A DNA stretch of 62,563 nt, the filler included. It is 7 parts of 7 records of this genome, joined end to end, with 100 filler letters (N's around TTAATTAATTAA, not from the genome) between each part and the next. Parts side by side here need not be neighbours in the genome. Positions count along the whole stretch, not along the records: positions 56,367 to 62,563 come from SRR15195285_1297; 6 more parts are not named here. One strand, given 5' to 3'. A program made the position numbers and the translations under genes. The notes below the pieces were generated by a model. That model was not told the DNA's origin. It made no database searches and saw nothing but the letters and a program-made list of their open reading frames with translations. Each line of letters starts with the position of its first letter. The first letter of the stretch is position 1. Below are positions 59,401 through 62,563 of this stretch, one piece after another.

Positions 59401-62400
59401 TCTGCTGGAGCTGCAAAACTCACCATCACAAGCTGTTCAATTCGGGCAAGTTCAAACGCAAGTGAAAAATAAGCTGAAAAGAGCGTATACCTCTGCGTTG
59501 CAGTACCTCGAGCAGAACCCGACCTCTGAGACTGTAGACAAATTGGCTGAGTGCATATGCACACTAAACAGTGCTCAGGAAGTTGAAGACATCATCGACT
59601 CTGGCGCGTGGAGACTGGGGCTGCGCGAACGGGTCCAGGAAGTCTGCAGCAATCTGAAGGATGAAGCCATTGCCGAACTGCAGGGGTGGCAATTTGTGCA
59701 GGCTCAGAATCGGATTGCGCGGATGAAGCTTTACACACGATGCCCAGATCCCCCGCAAGCAATGATAGATGAAGCTCAACGAGCAGTGTCCAGCAAGTTA
59801 GACTCACTACCGGGAGCCCTTGAGGCCGCGCTGGGGGGAGCAGACACACAGCCACCGGCACCAAAGACAGTTGACAAGATCGTCAAAGCGCTGGAGGAAG
59901 CCACCGAACACGACCTGGGCGCAAAGTACGCTAACAAGCTTGAGGTGTGTAAAGATACAATCACTAAACAGGTGGCTCAGGTCAAGGAAAAGTGGAATGC
60001 AGCACTGCACAGCACTGACGCGCAGGTTGCAAACGACACTTGCCAGCTGTGCAAAAGTCTGGCTGCATCCACAGCCGTAGCGGCCGAGTTCGCCGCGCAG
60101 GGCATCGATCTGGCACTGTTTGATAGGCGACTCCAGGAGGTTAAGCAGCGTCTCTTTTCAGCCAACCATTTGAAAGAGCCAGCCACCCAGCACACGCTTT
60201 CAGCACGCTTGGCGGGTCTACACGAAGTTGATGAGGCAGGCTTCGTGCAAATGCTGGCAGCTCTTGCCTCAGACTGTGCGCAGCAGGCAGACATCACAAA
60301 GGGTCGGATGCTTAGCGAACACGTTGGCGAGTCATCGTTTACAGAGATGAAAGACACAGCGAATGATTTTGAAACAATTGCCAAGGTGTTGCGACCACAC
60401 TGCGCCCAGCATCTAGAACACTTGGACCAGATCACAGGTGCTCGTGCAGGTCTGATTGACAGCTGGATTCACTGTACACAGACATTGTGTGACAAGCTCC
60501 AGGCACCACGCTCAAAAGAAAAGATTGAGGCGGCGATACAATGCATTGAGCTGTGCCGATTGCTGGGAGACGAACAGGCTCGGGTGGATGAAGTTAAGAG
60601 TAGATATGAGGATGCCACGCGAACACAGGGCGAGATGGCAGAGAAGCTTGCACGTGACTTTGCAATTCTCATGCAGATTGATTGTCGTGAGCCCACTACA
60701 TTTACCATGCGAGGACCCGCCATTGCAAAGATGCTGCAGGGGTTGCAGCAGAACGAGGCGCTTATCCCACCTACGTCCCGCGATCGCATCTCGTACGCGA
60801 ACGCTGTCGGTCATTTACAGCGCGCCATTGGAGACATCGAGGTTCCATGTGTAGAAGCAGTACACGAGCAAAACTACAGACGTTGCGCTCAAATGAGTGA
60901 CTGCTTAAACAGGCTGACGCAGGTCGACACTGGTGAGATTAAGGACGCTGCAACCAAGGTACTGGAAAGTGTGAGTGAAGAAGTGCAAACCCAGCTGCAA
61001 GTACTCTGCAATCATGCACAAGAGTGCTTCCATGACGGTTTAAACAGCGACGCTGAAGCTGCGAGTCAACTTTTCCAGGAGGTAAATGCTGACCTTGAGA
61101 AGCTAAAAGCTGCGAGACGGTTGCTGAAGGATGCGCGCTGTTTCTCTGATGTTCTCACAGAATGCTCCGATGGCATTCTGATCACCAAATTGAAACAACA
61201 CGTTACTAAGGCAGCCGAGAAAACGATCTCTCAAATTCAACAAACGGACGGTCCCGTGGACCCAGGCTGGGTGGCCGACCAGCTGCTTTCATTATATGCC
61301 GTGCCGTCTGAAATTGCCGACGAAGGAGTGAAAACGCAGGGAATGAAAGAGATGACAAAGATAGTCACGGCGGCAAGAAGGCACGACGAAGCTTTCAGTT
61401 TCGAGGATCTAGCGAGTGCATTGAGTCGTCTCAGCGGTGGTCGGGGTGGAGAAATTGTGGATGACATTGCGCATCTGGTGCCCGCGTTCGAACAATGGTT
61501 GATCGAAAAGTTTAGAAGAGCCACAGCTAGTGCAACATTTGAGTGGAGCCTAAAGGAGCTAGTGAAGCTGAACACGTTGTCAGAGCAACAGAAAGCAAGC
61601 CTCGAAGGCCACTATGCAAAGTACGACGCAAAGTATAAAAAAATGCTGAAGAAGCATAAATTCACCAAAGTTGTGCCAGAGATGGTCTCCGAAGCTCTCG
61701 CCGGTGCTGACGTTGTTGAGATCATCGCGGGAATATGTGCGGTGTGGAGCCTTGCTGGATCTGCAGCTGCGATTATGGACCCACATGCGGTGCAAATTCT
61801 CTCGACATTTGTGCTTCTCGGACTGGATGCAGGAACAGACCTGTCGATATCCGGCCATTTGATTCAAGTTAAGACCGGTCAAGGCAAGTCGGTCCTGCTC
61901 GGAGTGCTCGCAACGCTCTTGGCCGTCCGCGGATGGGATGTCGACTGCGTATGCTACAGTAGCTACCTCAGTGCTCGTGATGCGCAATCGTTCGCCGCCG
62001 TATTCAGAGCCTTCGGCGTGCAAAATCAAGTGCAGTACGGGACTTTCAATGGACTGGCCGAGAAATCAATCAACGCCAAAGGGGACGTGCGGGAGATGAC
62101 AGAAGACGTCGTTGTCAAACGAAGGGCTCCTGCGTCGCTACCTCCCGCGGCAGCCCGACCCCGCATTCTGCTGATCGATGAGGTCGATGTATTTTTCTCT
62201 GACTCATTCTTCGGGGAGGAATACCAGCCTCAGACCACGCTGAGGACTGACAACACGGATGCGCTGCAACGCTTCTTGTGGAACCAATGGGAGGCTGCGC
62301 AAGAAAGCGAGTCAAATCTGCTTGCGATGGGACTCAAAAGTCCCCACTTTTCTGCACTTATTGCAGAGTATCCACACCTGCACTCTTTCTTGGAAGCCCA

Positions 62401-62563
62401 GGTGAGACAAATGGCGAACCGGTTTGCTGCGGTGCGCCTAGGGGATTTGGCTGCCAAACAAAGGTTCAAGGTCGTGCAGGACAGGCTTGAAGATGACGAC
62501 ACAGAGTCAGGCGTCCAATTGGACGAAGGACAATCAGAGCCAGAGCCAGAGCCAGAGCCAGAG
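56480..62563 (+). CDS. Large multidomain protein: PH, PDZ, EF-hand, PH, long alpha-helical region, SecA-DEAD-like SF2 ATPase; 3' truncated (>2028 aa)
   Basis: Translated by hand from ATG 56480 with no stop to the window end (absent from the ORF track). PH1 EGWCTKEG...WGQRYAKID...ERDRWADAL; PDZ QGFGMDL...GPAQPAGV..GGKIVQVNG; EF DLDGDGRLSNAD; PH2 GRLTRKG..KWFVL...LKAETAEDQRSWLAAI; ATPase PHAVQI, LIQVKTGQGKS, CYSSYLSARD, YGTF, LLIDEVD. Confidence 0.85.
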   Translation, partial: MAQAPPEGWCTKEGAGGEGTMWGWWNGVKVWGQRYAKIDGQSLLFYKSADKNPDTLSRTSIQDVEGCTLVRGTHIASLVGGVLDAVGMSASTEMYKIELTRSGLAAHGFPDLRGDDHTTRFCFEEKAERDRWADALENMIVGRAWNETGITDVPTGSSSSSLSTAPKATTVPRIAQMFTLSRTAQGFGMDLSPEGVVLDFVEGGPAQPAGVPVGGKIVQVNGVPVQSKKGVKAQLTVCDTQSEIEFFVLLPGEDSEIVKVLFDMLDLDGDGRLSNADYAEFVRHTEGTVLDDTRWRLDTQALGCSHDGIDFPAFVRLFADTRFKHYGREAEDKVKLLWQPVRLKWMYEDGAIVDHPVFKKLAQLDPASIRWTPGDASQTVKSLAEAEKDRMVLIRVLMSHGLQHGRLTRKGLISSSKWFVLREGIHAGTYDLCFFSSEDSDSDPEEAIQLWAPSNASQQLATEGDPGEFTVEGYDRNWSKETWSLKAETAEDQRSWLAAINGLQFGTFVRIESRTIVKENADAALAWVEELYQGEQLLRLVQAIDSSMDRGSFELAGGLLRTLGNIIAVAPHLVKVKELYEAKKLVVQGPLTSLLQEAQELLDEECQRSNDAGSHDTCITVRQLKDKLSGFHAIERALGENLVGAARAAQESIYRDLKEKIQHHWFQMLLAASRSDTDTSTKVSLLERAEHVASLYPQYFPKDSSDPATDIDAAWKQLSTSAVKLYEDCLQLTEAVVSPLAALTRTQSSKVEDGVGLLAQKMASLNSYHKALSPKQPTAEEGVPPQPEPEPEPEPESDDSGTRPLRSDDAAQVAPSANKAMELHKLVSAQISQLSDRLGAICDQLDQPVVLTTQEECEAFARTVETLCYYGTAVDHFAKGRFTKTRDSQMEHANGAVEQLFQQFHGAIQGGDPAQVDQTMDTLEQIEASVPPLAAMINQKMPGLRELQASQTDNLVQKAKDLYQCGNWDGLSQFLLELQNSPSQAVQFGQVQTQVKNKLKRAYTSALQYLEQNPTSETVDKLAECICTLNSAQEVEDIIDSGAWRLGLRERVQEVCSNLKDEAIAELQGWQFVQAQNRIARMKLYTRCPDPPQAMIDEAQRAVSSKLDSLPGALEAALGGADTQPPAPKTVDKIVKALEEATEHDLGAKYANKLEVCKDTITKQVAQVKEKWNAALHSTDAQVANDTCQLCKSLAASTAVAAEFAAQGIDLALFDRRLQEVKQRLFSANHLKEPATQHTLSARLAGLHEVDEAGFVQMLAALASDCAQQADITKGRMLSEHVGESSFTEMKDTANDFETIAKVLRPHCAQHLEHLDQITGARAGLIDSWIHCTQTLCDKLQAPRSKEKIEAAIQCIELCRLLGDEQARVDEVKSRYEDATRTQGEMAEKLARDFAILMQIDCREPTTFTMRGPAIAKMLQGLQQNEALIPPTSRDRISYANAVGHLQRAIGDIEVPCVEAVHEQNYRRCAQMSDCLNRLTQVDTGEIKDAATKVLESVSEEVQTQLQVLCNHAQECFHDGLNSDAEAASQLFQEVNADLEKLKAARRLLKDARCFSDVLTECSDGILITKLKQHVTKAAEKTISQIQQTDGPVDPGWVADQLLSLYAVPSEIADEGVKTQGMKEMTKIVTAARRHDEAFSFEDLASALSRLSGGRGGEIVDDIAHLVPAFEQWLIEKFRRATASATFEWSLKELVKLNTLSEQQKASLEGHYAKYDAKYKKMLKKHKFTKVVPEMVSEALAGADVVEIIAGICAVWSLAGSAAAIMDPHAVQILSTFVLLGLDAGTDLSISGHLIQVKTGQGKSVLLGVLATLLAVRGWDVDCVCYSSYLSARDAQSFAAVFRAFGVQNQVQYGTFNGLAEKSINAKGDVREMTEDVVVKRRAPASLPPAAARPRILLIDEVDVFFSDSFFGEEYQPQTTLRTDNTDALQRFLWNQWEAAQESESNLLAMGLKSPHFSALIAEYPHLHSFLEAQVRQMANRFAAVRLGDLAAKQRFKVVQDRLEDDDTESGVQLDEGQSEPEPEPEPE

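Noticed and set aside
61780-62200. Bacterial contamination or plastid SecA
   Set aside because: The domain is in frame with PH, PDZ and EF-hand domains and EP tracts like those in the intron-containing genes, with no transit-peptide-like N-terminus.
56645-62502. Apparent gene desert with only short ORFs in the ORF track
   Set aside because: It is one continuous plus-strand frame lacking a stop inside the window; the short ORFs are its shadows.

Overview
This is eukaryotic genomic DNA made of seven separate contigs (1-8876, 8977-21164, 21265-25393, 25494-45208, 45309-52361, 52462-56266, 56367-62563). They are joined by artificial 100-nt linkers (44 N + TTAATTAATTAA + 44 N), so adjacency across a linker is not evidence of linkage. 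The sequence is gene-dense and GC-rich in coding regions, with short GT-AG introns (donor often GTGCG, branch point CTGAC/CTAAC). BBS4 and a CCDC151/ODAD3-like gene indicate a flagellated protist; I cannot fix the lineage from the sequence. About 20 genes are present: longin-like protein, voltage-sensor-type adenylyl cyclase, ankyrin protein, ABCF ATPase, MetAP1, small membrane protein, HAD-ABCC fusion, EF-hand/ENTH-like PIP5K, F-box/SEC-C protein, GAPDH, BBS4, CCDC151-like, giant filamin-REJ-GPS polycystin-like receptor, SLC26 transporter, SGNH hydrolase, beta-helix protein, hypothetical protein, TrhO/TSTD2-like rhodanese, sialate O-acetylesterase, and a >2028-aa PH-PDZ-EF-PH-helical-SecA-DEAD-like ATPase that the ORF track misses because it has no stop in the window. 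The most notable signals are that SecA-like signalling ATPase, a family of short palindromes (GTAGG[G/A]AT[C/T]CCTAC, TACTAGATCTAGTA) and a 34-nt element recurring 5' of genes on different contigs, and several unusual domain fusions. All domain calls are by motif recognition only; no searches were run.
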